From positions 7,068,001 to 7,132,000 of the forward strand of contig CM120643.1 in assembly GCA_051362555.1 (NCBI GenBank): a stretch of DNA of 64,000 nucleotides, given 5' to 3'. The notes under the pieces are model-generated. The model worked only from the letters and a program-made list of their open reading frames with translations. It made no database searches and was not told where the DNA came from. Below are positions 35,640-48,994 of the stretch, piece after piece. This stretch comes from Lingula anatina (taxonomy: Eukaryota > Animalia > Brachiopoda). Position numbers and translations under genes: made by a program. The number at the start of each line of letters is the position of its first letter. The stretch's first letter is position 1.

Positions 35640-36710
35640 GAAATGTGTAACAAGCGTAAGGCTTCAGGCCCATGGGAGTTTAAGTTCACACTTTGAAAAT
35701 GCCAGAATGAGAAAAATGAAAATTTCACATAAAACTGCTTAAATTCAATAATAAATGATAACCCATTTGAGCTGGCTTCCTTATTTGAACTGCATGCCAA
35801 TCCTACAAATCATATTTGTAAGTTGAAAATAATAATAAGTAACACAGTTTTCTTTTCATAATGTTTGTAGTAGCAGTGCAAAAAGATTTTTGTCAATTTT
35901 GATGTAACATTACATAATAAATTACAGAATAATTATCACCAATTTTTGATTATTGACTATAAATAGCATGGACATGTAGAAAATTTGATTACCATTTGGC
36001 TTCATGTCCATGGGAGCTTCGAGTCCCACAATGAATATGCCATCATGATAAAAATGAATATTTCACTAAAATGTATAACTTCCAGAAAAAGAAACCAATC
36101 AGACTGCTTTTCTAACTCAGGCTGCATTTTAGTCCTGTTTCTTTTTTGAAAGATTGACAATCATAAGTAACATGGTTCTCCCATAATGGTCATCATGGCA
36201 GCAGCACCCAAAATTGTGTTTTCTTCTATTTTAATGCAATATTACATAATGCTTAACAGCATAATGACCATCAGTTTTTATTAATAAAAGATCCGTATCA
36301 TGGATTTTCAGAAATGTGACTAGCATGGGTCTTCAAGCCGGTGGAGATTCTTAAGTCACACCTTGAAAATGCCAATATGTGAAAAATTAAATTTTCACAA
36401 AAAACTGATTAACTGCCAAAAAAATTTACCAAATAGACTGCATTGCCCACTGAAGCTTTATTTAAGTCCCATGTTTCTTCCTGTAAGTTTGAGAACAGTA
36501 AGTGACATGGTTTTCCTTAAATGGTCATCATGGGAACAGTGTCCAAAATAGGGGTGTCTTCAAATTTTGATGCAATATTACATAATGTTTAACAGGATAA
36601 TTACCATCAATTTTTAATAATTATTAGTATCATGGATATTCAGAAAATGTACCTAGCAAAGGTCTTCAGGCCCAAGGAACTTCAAAGTCACACCTTGAAA
36701 ATGCCAAAAT
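35640..36710. repeat. Old degenerate tandem repeat, period ~335 bp (3-4 units)
   Basis: cttca(g/t/a)g(c/t)cc...g(g)ag...a(g)tc(a/c)cac anchors at about 35662, 35999, 36330, 36663. Confidence 0.65.
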
Positions 36711-37109
36711 GTAGACAAGACAGCACTGTCCTGAAATGTGTTTTTTTTTTCATTTTTAACAATTTTTTAACATATAACAAAATTAACAATTTACTGCCAT
36801 TTAAATATGATCAACTAAGAAAATTGATGAGATGGGGAAAATATCAATAGAACAGTGTTTAAAATGTCCAATTTCCTCCATTCTGAGTTTCTGAACATAG
36901 TGAATGAATGAATCTGACAAACTGCAATGAGTTTATTTCCATTTTTGAAACTCTATTATACAATACATAATAACAAGTTTACCATAATTTTTACATAATC
37001 AACTAACAATGTTGTAAAGATGCAGGAAATGTCAAACAAACACTTTTACTAATCTTATTAGTTAAATAATGAGACTGTTAACATGCCGAAGAATTGAATC
37101 TGAGGAAAT

Positions 37110-37632
37110 GTGAAAAAACAGCATAACTTATAAAATAATGGCCCGATTATGCTGATTTTTGAACTTGACCTGCATTTTAGTAAGATTGATTACTCCTGTG
37201 AATTTCATGACAACAGGTCTATCGGTTTTCCTTGAAATGTGTTAACAGTGTTGCACATATGCTGAAAAGTGAATAAAACAGCATAACTACTAAAATAGTG
37301 GCCCGATCATGCCGATTTTCGAACTTGATCTGCGTTTTAGTAAGATTGATAACTCCTGTGAGTTTCATGACAACAGGCCTATTGGTTTTCCTTGAAATGT
37401 GATAACAGTGTTGCATATATGCTAAAAAGTGAAAAAACAGGATAAATTCTACAATAATGGCCTGATCATGCTGATTTTCGAACTTGACCTGCGTTTTATG
37501 AATATTAGTCAGCTCTGTAAATATAAAGCCAAAAAGTAAAACTGTCTTTCACTTATGGTGTTAACGCTGAAAGTGCACGGCGACGGCGACATGATCAGCG
37601 ACGGCGACGACAGACGCAGGTGATGGCAATAT
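37110..37632 (+). mobile_element. Helentron-associated (HINE/DINE-1/pearl-like) element
   Basis: About three tandem 160-bp core units (37119, 37279, 37438, with gaacttgacctg) followed by a (CGACGG)n microsatellite and gacgcaggtgatggcaata. Confidence 0.7.
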
Positions 37633-37659
37633 GTACAGACACATCTGTGTCTGTACATA

Positions 37660-38135
37660 AAAAATGTCAAGTCTTTCTCTGGTTATCATGGGTGTGATAA
37701 GTGTATTCAAGCAGGCAAATGGATGGGAAAAATGACTTTTCCTGAAACCAATGCTACATTCAGAACCGATATTTCTTTTGATAAAAAAAATGATGAAGAC
37801 CATCACATGGGACCTACCCCTTTATCTCAGCTAAACATTGAAATGGTGTCATGCTTTCCTCTTGATTATATGCACCTTGTTTGTCTGGGGGTAGTGAAAA
37901 GGCTGTTAAATCTGTGGATGAAGGGCCCGTTATCCTGTAGAATTGTTAATAGGGTATTGCAAGAAATATCAAGACGTTTAGTTGCCTTAAAAGACAGTAT
38001 ACCATCAGAGTTTGCAAGAAAACCTTGATCACTCTTTGAAATTGCATACTGGAAAGCAACTGAGTTTCGGCAGTTCCTTCTGTACACAGGTCCAATATCA
38101 CTGTTTGAAATTGTGCCTGCAACTGTGTATTAAAA
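37660..38135 (+). pseudogene. EnSpm/CACTA (CMC) transposase fragment
   Basis: GYHGCDKC...RTD.SF...HH...PLDYMHLVCLGVVKRLL.LW...IPSEFARKP*SL.EI.YWKATEFRQFLLYTGP; in-frame TGA at 38026..38028. Confidence 0.92.
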
Positions 38136-39650
38136 CTTTATATTATGAAGCTGGGATACATTTAAAAAAGCAGCTGGCATTTGCCAAGATGCATGCTACA
38201 ATACAATCAAGAGTCACTGGTAAGATGGGCCAGTTGAAGCATATCACAGAGCTTGTTACCAAGATTACACCAACACAGAACACCCTTACAAGGCTGAAAA
38301 AGAAAAGGTCAAGAACTGATGCTGACAATTTTACATATTGCATGTTGGTTTCTTCCTTGCTTTCCATTTTTTAAGCTCTATCCTTTCTTTTCTTTGTTAG
38401 CTTTTGCCTTGAAAATGCCTCCACCAAAGTTCGTGCTGTACAACAAACTTGCATTTGCATTCATCTGTGCTTTTTTGGGACTTATGTTACTCAGCATGAG
38501 CTATATTATTTGGCTCCATTGGAAGAAGGTACTGGAACAAAATTTTGTGTTGCACTTGCATATTTGGGCACTTTGATAATAAACTCCAACTGTGATCCAT
38601 CTAAAATTTTGTTAAAAATGATGAACCACAAGAAAACATTCCAAAAGAACACTGAAGAGGATTCAGCAGCTTTTAAAAGTCAACAAGATTTTAAGTAAAG
38701 AAAAACAACCTGCAAATGGGGGAAAAAATGGTTATTCTGGGAGTAATGACAAAATTGACAAAACAATACTTTACTTACTGTTTTACTTGAAGTCCAAACC
38801 AGATTATTATCAATGGCAAAGGAAATTGAAAAAAAATCAATCTGTTCTCAATATAGCATCTTTTGACCCTGTCAAATTCAATTTTGAGTTTACAGACCCT
38901 TTTGCCTGGAATGTAATTAGTTTTCTATGTATTACTAATAATGAATTTTAGGAGTTAAAGAAGGAAATCACAGGTAACTTCGATTGGTACTGTGAGAAAG
39001 GAATGGTGAGAAGTATGATTTTACCTGTAATTTTTTTGATGATATTTAAGAAACTCAAACAGAATTCTCAGAGTTTACCAGAGAGTTATCCCAAAATATA
39101 AAACCTGGTCTTTTTGGTTAAATTTTGTTCACAGAGATTGCTTTTTATACAATTCTTTATATTTTTCTGTGAGAACAGGTGATTGGAATCTAAGAAAATT
39201 TTGTTTGAAAAACCAAAGAGGCAAAAATGAAGGCGTAGCAGGAAATTACTAGAAGGTTAGTGCCCAATTTTTTAAATCAAAAGCACTAGAATAGATGACT
39301 TGACTATTGATATCTTATAATTCCATCCTCCACTTAATTACTTCTTTTATAAACATAAGGAACTACATCATTATTCAAAGTATATTGAACAGAATTGGAA
39401 ACATTAAATTTTTCAGTTATATTTACAGAAAAAAATGGTAATATCTTATTGATTTTCAGAGTCAACAGTATACGTCTTGGGAGATGTGAAAGTATAAAAG
39501 GATGAAGTGCTCAGATTTTTCCAGCTGCACCAAAAAGGAGGCAGAAAGGGAGATTAAAAAAGATTAATGATGGTAGGGTCTCTCATATAATGTTGACTCC
39601 CATCCAAGAAAAGGTTAAAATTTTATTTAAAAAAAGTTAAATGTATATAT

Positions 39651-42301
39651 AGTCATCTACAATAACCTTGCGCGCGTTATACGTCACAGGTCTTGCGTAA
39701 CTACCCACGTGCTACGATTTTTCCCTTGGGGGGGGGCAGCAAGCGGCCATTTTGTACACGAGCAATGCATAGATGGGTGAAAATGATACGTTGTTTTTAA
39801 CCAAAAACGATGTCCCCAGGGCGAAACTGCCAACACCAAAAGTAAAGGAGCATACCAACGTTGTTTTGAAACGATGTGGTTAGCCTGTCAGTGCCGAGTT
39901 GGGGAGAAAAGAGCAGCACTGATTGCAAGGTACTGTATACACGTGAACCGGCAAAGTTAATGATAATTTCATGTTGCAAAAGCATAATTAAATCAGTAAG
40001 TTATTTTCCAAAGGATATTATTTGCATAGCAGATACATAAATCAAACTAACAACAATAAAAAATTTTGATGACATTGAAAATCAAAACCTGCGGTGCACG
40101 ATAGGTTGAGGAGGACACTGCCACAGCAAGTAATGCATGAATTTTGTTACACAACACCATATGCTTGTGTCATTGTTAACTCTGTGGTATTATTACTCAA
40201 TTTTCTGCTCAAATTAATACCTGATACTATTTCTCAGGCTACCAAGTACAAATCAACTTATTTTGTGGCAATTGACCTCCATGTTCCATCTACTGAGTAA
40301 TGTGCAGGTTCTTTATTATTATTATCATTTTTTTTTCAAGCACATTTTGATAAAGTGGCTGTGCTTTAACAAGAGAAATTTATGCTGAAGTTTAAAAGAT
40401 TAAATTATCAGTAGTGTGTTCAATTAAAGCTATTAATTTGATTATGCATATTTGATTTTCAATTATCTTGATTATGATATGAGGTTTCTGCATTTTTCTC
40501 TTGCCCTCAAATCAATATCTAACAAGTAAATTGATAGTGCTTTATTACAATTTTTGCTTTATACTTTCAGATGTAAAAACTGTGTAGCAGTTGGTAAAGC
40601 TGTAGAGATTGATGTGAGCATAGATCAGGGGAAATGGTATTAGAGAAACTAGGAGGACAAGACATAGATAGTGTACTAGTAGATCCGTCATAACAGCAAG
40701 GATAGATGGTGTGATCTTGTCTTGAAGCTATGCCACAAGTTTTCAAACTGGTTGAGTCCTTACTAAGACAAGCTGCTGCGGTGTGAATCATTGTACATTC
40801 AGGTTATACATGGCAGATTTATGACAAAAGAGACCTTCACAATATACCTCAAATAAGTTATTCTTGCATCTATGCCTTATCAAAAGTACACAGTTACAGT
40901 GACTAGAACATTGTCTGCAAATAGTGAGGCAGTGAAGGCTGCAAAGTGCCATTGTTTTTCAGTATTAAGAATGACAGTATCTGTTTTTTATTTATTTTCA
41001 TTTTTCGTTTTTAATGGGAGGGAGACTCACTTTGTTCTTTCTATGCCCATTCAGTTTAGGGTTGGTGGCAATATATGGTAAATCTGTCATGCCTGTATGT
41101 AGAATTTCTCTGGCTCAAATTTCTATATTTATTGGGTGCATTATGAAGTTTCCTGACTGATTAATGAGGTTACTTGCAGAAATATCTTGCTTACACACTT
41201 TTTGTGATATTTTTACTTCTTTATATATACATGTATGATTATTCACATCTCATCAGTGGTGTGTGAAAGGTACTTGGTATTTGCATTTTAGAACTGTAGA
41301 TCTGTGTACCAGCAGGGTTATATTTCATATATCTGCGAATGTTTCTAAAAATAAGCTTCATGTTTGATAATTATTTGGTTTGAAATAAATAAATAAATAA
41401 CCCAAATAAAATCAATTCATTTTATATTTCACATAATTTGTTTTTTATTATTCTTCTAAGCATTTAATCATAACATCTCCCATCATTATACTGTTATTGT
41501 GTAATAACATTGAAAGTTTCCAAGTTTTTATTAACAGGTTGATGCTAACGTATTACAAATGAACATAAGCATTAAAGCACATTTCCTTACTCAAATGTAT
41601 CAAACGTACCACTGGCATAATACCGGTAAAGATACAGGTAAAGATGACAGCATTGATAACTGAGTTTACAGCGCTTTTAGTGCAGCCTGGCCAGTGTCAG
41701 ATTGTTATCTGATAAAGTTTGCCACTAGTACCTGGGAACAAAAGGTCTGGCACTTGACAATCAAGTTGATAAAATCACAAAACGCCTGTAGAAAATAGAG
41801 CATACCTGCCCAACATTGATTTGTTCAGATTCTTGACTAAGGGTGCGTTACTGGTGTCAAGGGCCAAGACTTGAACTGAGGGGTTTGGCATGTCACTCGA
41901 TTTCTGTCCAAACCTAATAAAGCCTCAGTTGCTTAACTCTCCAATTTTCCAGTATCTACAGGTTGTGTTGTTTAATGCTTGGGGTCTCTTCTTTGGCGGC
42001 GGTTAATTGGGGACATCTGTGCGGCCTGTCAACGCACCTAGATTCACTTTTGCCGGTGCCACATTTTCAATTGCCGTAAATATCAAATTCATGAATAAAA
42101 TGAGGAAAAATGACAGTTATGAAAAAATGTTTGGAAGTACCTGTCACCTTCGCCACAGTAACCATATGGGCTGTGATGCCCCCCCACCACAGGCGACACC
42201 TTGCGGAGCAAGCGTGCGTAATCCAGGGTGCAACTGAAAATAACCAAGTCGCGCGACCTTATTGTATGGTCTTACTATAGTAAGACCATACAATTGTAGA
42301 T

Positions 42302-42305
<4 letters not shown>
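39651..42305. mobile_element. ISL2EU-like (PIF/Harbinger group) transposon inserted in an (AT)n tract
   Basis: TIR AGTCATCTACAAT...ATTGTAGATGACT, AT on both flanks. Plus-strand remnants DVPRAKLP...LKR (SAP-like), IDQGKWY, ASMPYQKYTVTV...VKAAKCHC (SWIM-like); possible convergent transposase remnant on minus. Confidence 0.7.

Positions 42306-42346
<41 letters not shown>
42306..42346. repeat. (TA)n microsatellite
   Basis: Directly visible. Confidence 0.95.
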
Positions 42347-42348
<2 letters not shown>

Positions 42349-42418
42349 GATTACTATCAGTACTTTTGTTTCTGGTTGTGTCAATTATTGGTGAGACTGC
42401 CATTGCTGGCTTTCAAGG

Positions 42419-42980
42419 TTTCCCATTCCTGAGGAAGAGGCAGAGCATGAAATAGGAAAGAAGACACAGTCTAGTCTCTTGTTATGTTTAGATAATTATA
42501 ATTATAACTTTTGCATACAGTAATGTGCTGTTCTATTTGTTTTCATTAAAAGTCTATAAGTTTGTAATGCAACATGATGTTATATTTTCCATCAAATTCA
42601 TATCGAAATAATATAAAGCTTGGTCACAAAGTGCTCACTTTATTCTCCAGTTTCCCATTCCGGAGGAAGAGGCAGAGCATGAAAAAGAACAGGAAAGACG
42701 ACAGTCTAGTCTCTTGGTAAGAATAGATATTTTTCACTTTTTCCTTTTGCTTACAGTTACTGTACTACATGTTTTCATTGGTATCATCTCTTCAAAGTCT
42801 CTTGATTCATAATTGCAACATGGAATGGTACTTTCCATTAAATTGAATTTGAAATAATACTGAGCTGTTTTTAAAAAAAAAAAAGCATTCTCTTTAATTC
42901 TTCAGTTTCCCATTCCGGAGGAAGAGGCAGAGCATGAAAAAGACATAGAACAGATAGCAGAGTCCAGTCTCTTGGTAAGA
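42419..42980 (+). repeat. Three tandem exon-intron units (period ~230-255 bp)
   Basis: tttcccattcc(t/g)gaggaagaggcagagcatgaaaa at 42419, 42651, 42907; copies 2 and 3 keep cag| and |gtaag splice sites. Confidence 0.9.
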
Positions 42981-43337
42981 AAAAATGAATTAATGTTTCA
43001 TTTTTGCTTGCAGTTATGTACTGTACTATTTGTTTTGGTTAAAATAATCTTTTAGAGTCTCTTAGTGTAGAATGCAACACGATGAAATATTTTCCATCAA
43101 GTAAAGTTTTCCATCACTTCATTACACATATACAATATTGGTAAAGCATCAGCAGCTGACATAATGAACTGATATATGACATCTATGTGTTTTTAGACAG
43201 GCATACAGGCATACATGAATACAAGTTGCCTTTTGTTATGGAGCTAGCCTTAGCTTGTTGCTAAACAGGCAGTCTTAACAAAATGATTCTTGATCGCTTT
43301 TTATCATGATGTATAATGATGATTTTTTTTTCTTCTG

Positions 43338-43749
43338 ATAAAAGTCAAGTGTGGACTGGAGAGGGATTCCAGGTTGGGACAAGGTAGACAAGCTGACAAA
43401 CCACCTTCTCAATTTCACAGACTGAGACGTCTCTCACCCCTGATGATGTTATGACGTGCATCATTTGTATGATGACCTGGATGATTATGATAAACAAAGG
43501 TCTCCTCGGCCATACCTAGAACAACAGTCTGCTCTTTCTGGCAGATTTAAAAAGGGAAAGACAAAATCTACTGTTTCTCGAGATGTGGAGAGAAAAATTA
43601 CTTTTGGCCAACTACGGCAAAAGGAGACTGGGCACAGGCAACTGAAGGGGTATTGGCACTGCCCGAACAGTGCTCTGACTTATGAAGAGTGGAAGAAAAT
43701 TACTACAGAAAAAATGAAAGAAAAAAAGAAAAAAATTGAAACCAAATAG
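43338..43749 (+). pseudogene. C-terminal remnant of a DUF6729-type putative transposon protein
   Basis: GIPGWDKVDKLTNHLL, LYDDLDDYDKQ, GRFK and terminal GQLRQKETGHRQLKGYWHCP....EEW match a repeated animal protein family from memory; superfamily uncertain. Confidence 0.5.
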
Positions 43750-45129
43750 TGCTTGTAAAATAAATAAATAAATAAATAAATAAAAATAGTTGAAAATTGT
43801 TTGTCTACTGCTGTCAAATTTAGGTTTAGGTTTTTTTTTCTTAAAGTTGTGTTGATTAGATGTCATGTAAATTGATACTTATATTGAATGGATTTTTGTA
43901 AGTTAGAAATAATAACAGTTATACTGCTGTCATGTTTAGGGTTTTTTTTTTAAGTTGTGTTAATTAAATGTCATGTAAATTGATACTGCTGTCATGTTTA
44001 GGGTTTCATGGAAGTGTGGAGATCTTGATTTGTCTAATGAAGACATTATTGTTAAACTTGTTGGCATGATGGGAAAAATTGTGAGAAAGAAACTCAAAGG
44101 GAATTCTCAGAGTTTACCAGAGTTATTCGCAAAAAATAAAACCTGGTCTTTTTGGTTAAATTTTGTTCCCAGAGATTGCTTTTGATACATTTCTTCATAT
44201 CTTTCTGTGAGAACAGGTGATTGGAATCTAAGAAATTTTTGTTTCAAAAACCAATGAGGCAAAAATGAAGGCGAGGCAGGAAATTACAAGAAGGTTTGTG
44301 CCTAATTTTTTAAATCAAAAGCACTAGAATAGGTGACTTGAATATTGATATATTTTAATCTTCTTATTCTATTCTCCACTTATAACTTCTTTTATAAACA
44401 TGGGCCATTGCATCATTACGCATAGCATATTGAAAAGAATTGGAAACATTACATTTTTATTTAGTTATAACAGAAAAAAACAGTAATATATTATTGATTT
44501 TCAGAGTCAACAGTGTAGGTCTTAGGAGAAAAGATGTGAGAGACATAAGGAAGAAGTCACTGTGGTCAGATTTTTCCAGCTGCACTCCAAAGAAAGACAC
44601 GAAAAGGACGGAGACTGAAAAGACTGATGGTGGTGGGGTCTCCCAAATAATGTTGACTCCCATCCAAGAAAAGGTAAAATAATGTTAGCACTTTATAAAA
44701 AAATTAATTTAATTTAAATGTATATAGGCAGAACATACCTTATCAGATGGCTTTGTGTTTGAATATATATATATATATATAAAATGATTATTATAGGTAC
44801 TTTTGTTTCAGGTTGTGTCAATTATTGGTGAGACTGCCATTGCTGGCTTTCAAGGAGAAATTGACACATTCCAGCAAAAAATCAAAATGGAAAGTATACC
44901 AAAATTATAATTTATCTTCTATTTGTAGTATTTCATTGTATTCAACCATAATTATGAAAATATAATGGATAAAATATAATGGATAAAATGCTGAATGGGA
45001 AATCTGAGGCTCATGCTGTGTGAGGTCATTTACTTGTAGACAGTGCCCTTAGTGTCACTGCAACATCTTTAGCCCTGAACATCCCTCTCCCAAACCCTGA
45101 AGATTCTACTGTAGGCAGAACATTTTCTA

Positions 45130-45720
45130 GTGAGCATCCGTTCGCGTTCTGGGCGACTTAGCTTAGAAGCTGTTGTCTCAAATTGGCTCACTGATTAATG
45201 TCAAAAGTGCTTTTACCACAGACTCCTGGTGACCATAACATTAGTGGCCATGTTTCGTTTTGTGGGGTTTGATACCTTAACCTTGTTTCTGAGATAATGG
45301 GTTACTAAGATACTGGGATATATACATTATTCGCCTGAAAAATCCCATGATCTTGTTATTGAGTCATAAGCTTGACCTCTGATGACCTTGTAAATATTTG
45401 AAAATGATTGACAATGCCTATTTTAGTAGTAATTGCTTAACAAGTTTTTGTGATATTGAGTAACCGAAGTAAAGACATAGTGGCTTTTTTCACTCCTAAA
45501 ATGCCTAACCTTGTAATTAGGTCATGAGCTTGACCTTAGGTGACCTTGGCAATAGTTGCAATAGATTGGCAATACCTAACTTAGTAGAAATTGATACTTA
45601 AAACATGTTTCTGTGACATTGGGTTCCCAAGATATGGGCTTCTCGGTGACCCATCCCATTCAATGGTGGCCATTTTAGATTTCTGCCAAAAAAAAAAGAC
45701 TTTGTCATGGGGGGATTAAT
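45130..45720. mobile_element. HINE-like repeat
   Basis: ~158-bp tandem units with gtcat(a/g)agcttgacct...tgaccttg (45360, 45518) and gtggccat(g/t)tt motifs. Confidence 0.55.
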
Positions 45721-45741
45721 GGGGGAAATTTTTTGGGCTAT

Positions 45742-48248
45742 TAACCCCTTTTAGCCCTCGTCATCAAAACGAACGGCAGCCATACTGGAGGGAGACCGGA
45801 ATCGTCTGCTGCGCATGATCATGTCTACATGTACAATTTAGCATTTAATTTCTGTGTTTTCTTTGATATTAAACCGAGTAAAATGATGAATTACTGCAGG
45901 GTATATGATAGAGAGAAGATAAATAACTTTACAAGCGTTCACAGACTGCCTGCAGTGGTAACAATCCAAGGTGTAGGGACGAAAACCGTAAACGGAGGAG
46001 AGACTGAGGAGTGGCTTTGAATCAAGACTCATCGGACAAGTAAAGGATAAAACTAATTTATTTTACAGCAAAGAATGAAGACCCAGCTGTGCAGCCTTTA
46101 CCATAAAAGAAAAAAAGCAGAAAACCAATGACCGAGGTGTATAAGATATGAGCGCACGTACACTGCATATTAGTAGTGCCCAAAAAGTCTTGGTGGAGAG
46201 TGTGTTGTAAAAACGTGTGGAAATACCCAGGCAGGGTTTCGACTTTCATTATGAAGACTCACTTATTGCCTTGGGTGTAATTTGTTATCAGTTATGGTGC
46301 TCTTTGGATTTTATCTGCTGTCATCTACCTCTTTAATACCTGGTTAGCATTATTGTCAATTAGCGTCAAGGCTACAATACAATGTACACAGCTCAGCTGG
46401 GCCAATTAAATCAATTACCTGTGTCATGTGTATTTGGAAGTTAGTGGTTTGATTTAAGATTTAGTGTAGTGTTAAGAGTAAATCTGTTTTGTAAGTATAT
46501 ATTCTAGCTCAGGTACCATTTAATTGAATGAACTTACTGAAATGAATTTGAAAAATGTTGAATTCTGTGTTTTCCTACTGTATTATGATGCAAGTTACAA
46601 TATGAATAAAAATAACTATTGTTACCTTTTTTTGTTAATTAACATTTAGGAAATTGATCTGACATTTTCCCACCAAGCCACACTGAATGATTGGGTGCAA
46701 ATAAATCTTGGTTATCCAAAAAAAAAAAAAAAAAAGGGGGACAGGTACAAAAGGCAGCTAGATGGCACACAAGGTAGAAGCAGCGAAAAAATATTCTTAT
46801 ATCTTTGTGACCAGCTGAGGAGACAGGATCTGAACATCAGGAGAGTGAAATTCAGTGCATGACAGGAGTTATTTAATTGGATTTGTTTATTTATTTAATT
46901 GTTCATTTGTTGTTTTAAAGTTGTTATCCTGATAGCTTGCATACAACAAGGACAGGTTTTCTATTTATTTAGAATTGTGAGCAGAAGCACAAGAAGAAAT
47001 GAAAACACTTTTTCTTTCTCATATTTTAAAAGGCTAAATGGAAAAGTTTGCAAGAAATATAAAATTTTGTATCGTGCACCTCCTACAGATGGTCTGATAT
47101 GCAGAAACAGATGGCTGTTGTACATGTAGGTTGTGCATTTTTAAATTGTGACCACCAGTTGTGGAATTCTCCTAAATAAAATTACAAACTGCTTAGTAAC
47201 ACCATCTAAGGCCTTACATACCCACACAGCACATATCAATTGTGAGTCTTCAATCAAGCATTTCTCTAGACATAGATTAAAAATATACTTAACAGGTTCC
47301 TCAAATTATGGTGGCTTGATTCGACTTAATATGCTCATGTACATGTTGCATTGCATCATTGAAAGTATGGAAATATTTTTCAACCAAAAGGAAAGGGACC
47401 CTGATAATCTGTCATTGAATTGTGCAACAATGTTTTGCATTTTATGTTTACTTTTATCCATACAAAATGTGCATTTTCCTATATTTTCAATCAAAAAAAG
47501 ATCAATTCATGAACTGACTTGTTGTTATGTTACATTGAATGTCATAAGTTTGAAAATTACATTGCTTCTGTGAAGGTCTGGACTAATAATAAAATGCTAA
47601 CAATGTTGCTACTGTGAATGGTTGAATTCATGGTAAAATGTTGAACTCTCAAACAACAGTCATGTTACAAATACTTCCTAATGAACCAAAATGAGGCACA
47701 AGAATGCTGAAATAATTTCTGACAGCTTCATGATGTACAGTTAAATCATATCTGACAGCAATATTTCTTGTCACAACCCTGCATACTGTCTTCTTTGAGT
47801 CCGTAAGGGTTGATCCTGATAGTCAGCTCAAATTTTTCCTTATATCTATCCTTCATGTAAAAAAGTTGCTTCTATGAAAGGTTGAACTTATAATTACACA
47901 GTAAACTCTCTAAAACTATAACTGTTATTACCCAATGAACAAGAAAAATGAAGTACAAGATAACTGAACTAGCTTCTGACAACATTCCACGATGTTGGGA
48001 TACAGGGGTAGGTCAGGATTTCACGTCTTTGGACTGTCTTGAGTTTATATGGGTCGATCACGCTGATCAGCTGAAGTTTTCACATGTAGATACAATTTTC
48101 CTTTTGGTGTACTTGATCACGATATGAAGATTATTTCATTTAATTTGGTTCACCTATATTTACGCTACTATTCCCCGTCGTTCTTTCCCTCCAGAATGGC
48201 CGCTGGACGAGTGTTACGGAGCAAATATGACGTCACTGTAATGGGTTA
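45742..48248. mobile_element. Second degenerate ISL2EU-like transposon (THAP gene on plus, second gene on minus)
   Basis: Termini TAACCC...GGGTTA flanked by AT. Inverted subterminal gcagccatactggaggg / ccctccagaatggccgc. Plus strand MMNYCRV...HRLPAVVTIQG...W (THAP-like); minus strand YRD...KLQLISVIDPYKL. Confidence 0.65.
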
Positions 48249-48994
48249 ATACCAGAATCAGTTGTGAAACCTTTGTCACCAATTTTTTCCAACCTAAGTT
48301 TATTGACTGGCCTAAACCTGTAGCAAAAAAATATATTACTAATATTATAACATCTTTTTTGTCAGCAAAATGAATGTTTTGTGTTAATTCCTGTTTTTTT
48401 CCCACAGAAGTCCCGGATAAAATACAGGAACAACCCAAGAAAGGCATCAAAGAAGACAAGTAAGAATTTTTTTAAATATTACTTCAATAATCATCAGAGA
48501 AGCACCCAAATTAATGTACACATAAACTGATATGCGTTCTATAAGCAAAAGGTTTAACAGCTGATATTTTTCTATTTTATGATGTATATTATGTACAATT
48601 TTCAGAGGACTCCAGAATGGACATGGTGATAAATGTGGAAAACGAAAAACCTTTCATGTTTGAAGAGACTGGTAGAGATTGACGAGGAAAAATTGAAATT
48701 GAAGAAGGAGGTTTTTGAATTCAGAAAGAGAAAATGGGAGACAAAAGTTACCCAAATCAATTTACAGTCAATTTTAAATTAAATCCCAATAAATAGTTAT
48801 TTACATGAACATGGCTCCTAGTTGTTTCAGTCAATAACTTGAAAATGAAGGATTTCAAAATCAAATAAAATATCCTGTGACCATTTTACTCAGGCAATGA
48901 GACCATAAAACCAAATATTTGTGCTCAAGAAAGAATGAAAATTACAGACTTAATAACATCTGTCCAAAGCTGAGGCATTATGGAGTCATGAACA

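Larger units (their letters stand above)
39049..42975 (+). pseudogene. Myb/SANT-like (Harbinger ORF2-type) gene remnant, copy 1, interrupted by an ISL2EU-like element
   Basis: Near-duplicate of 44088..44855 on both sides of the insertion, followed by three tandem mini-exons (FPIPEEEAEHEK...SLL). Confidence 0.6.
44088..48780 (+). pseudogene. Myb/SANT-like (Myb_DNA-bind_5 / Harbinger ORF2-type) gene remnant, copy 2
   Basis: Spliced exons read RVNSVG.RR..VRDIRKK..WSDF...EKTDGGG....LTPIQEK|VVSIIGETAIAGFQGEIDT. Further exons near 48408 and 48607 (LKRLVEIDEEKLKLKKEVFEFRKRKWE, coiled coil). Interrupted by HINE-like and ISL2EU-like insertions. Confidence 0.65.
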
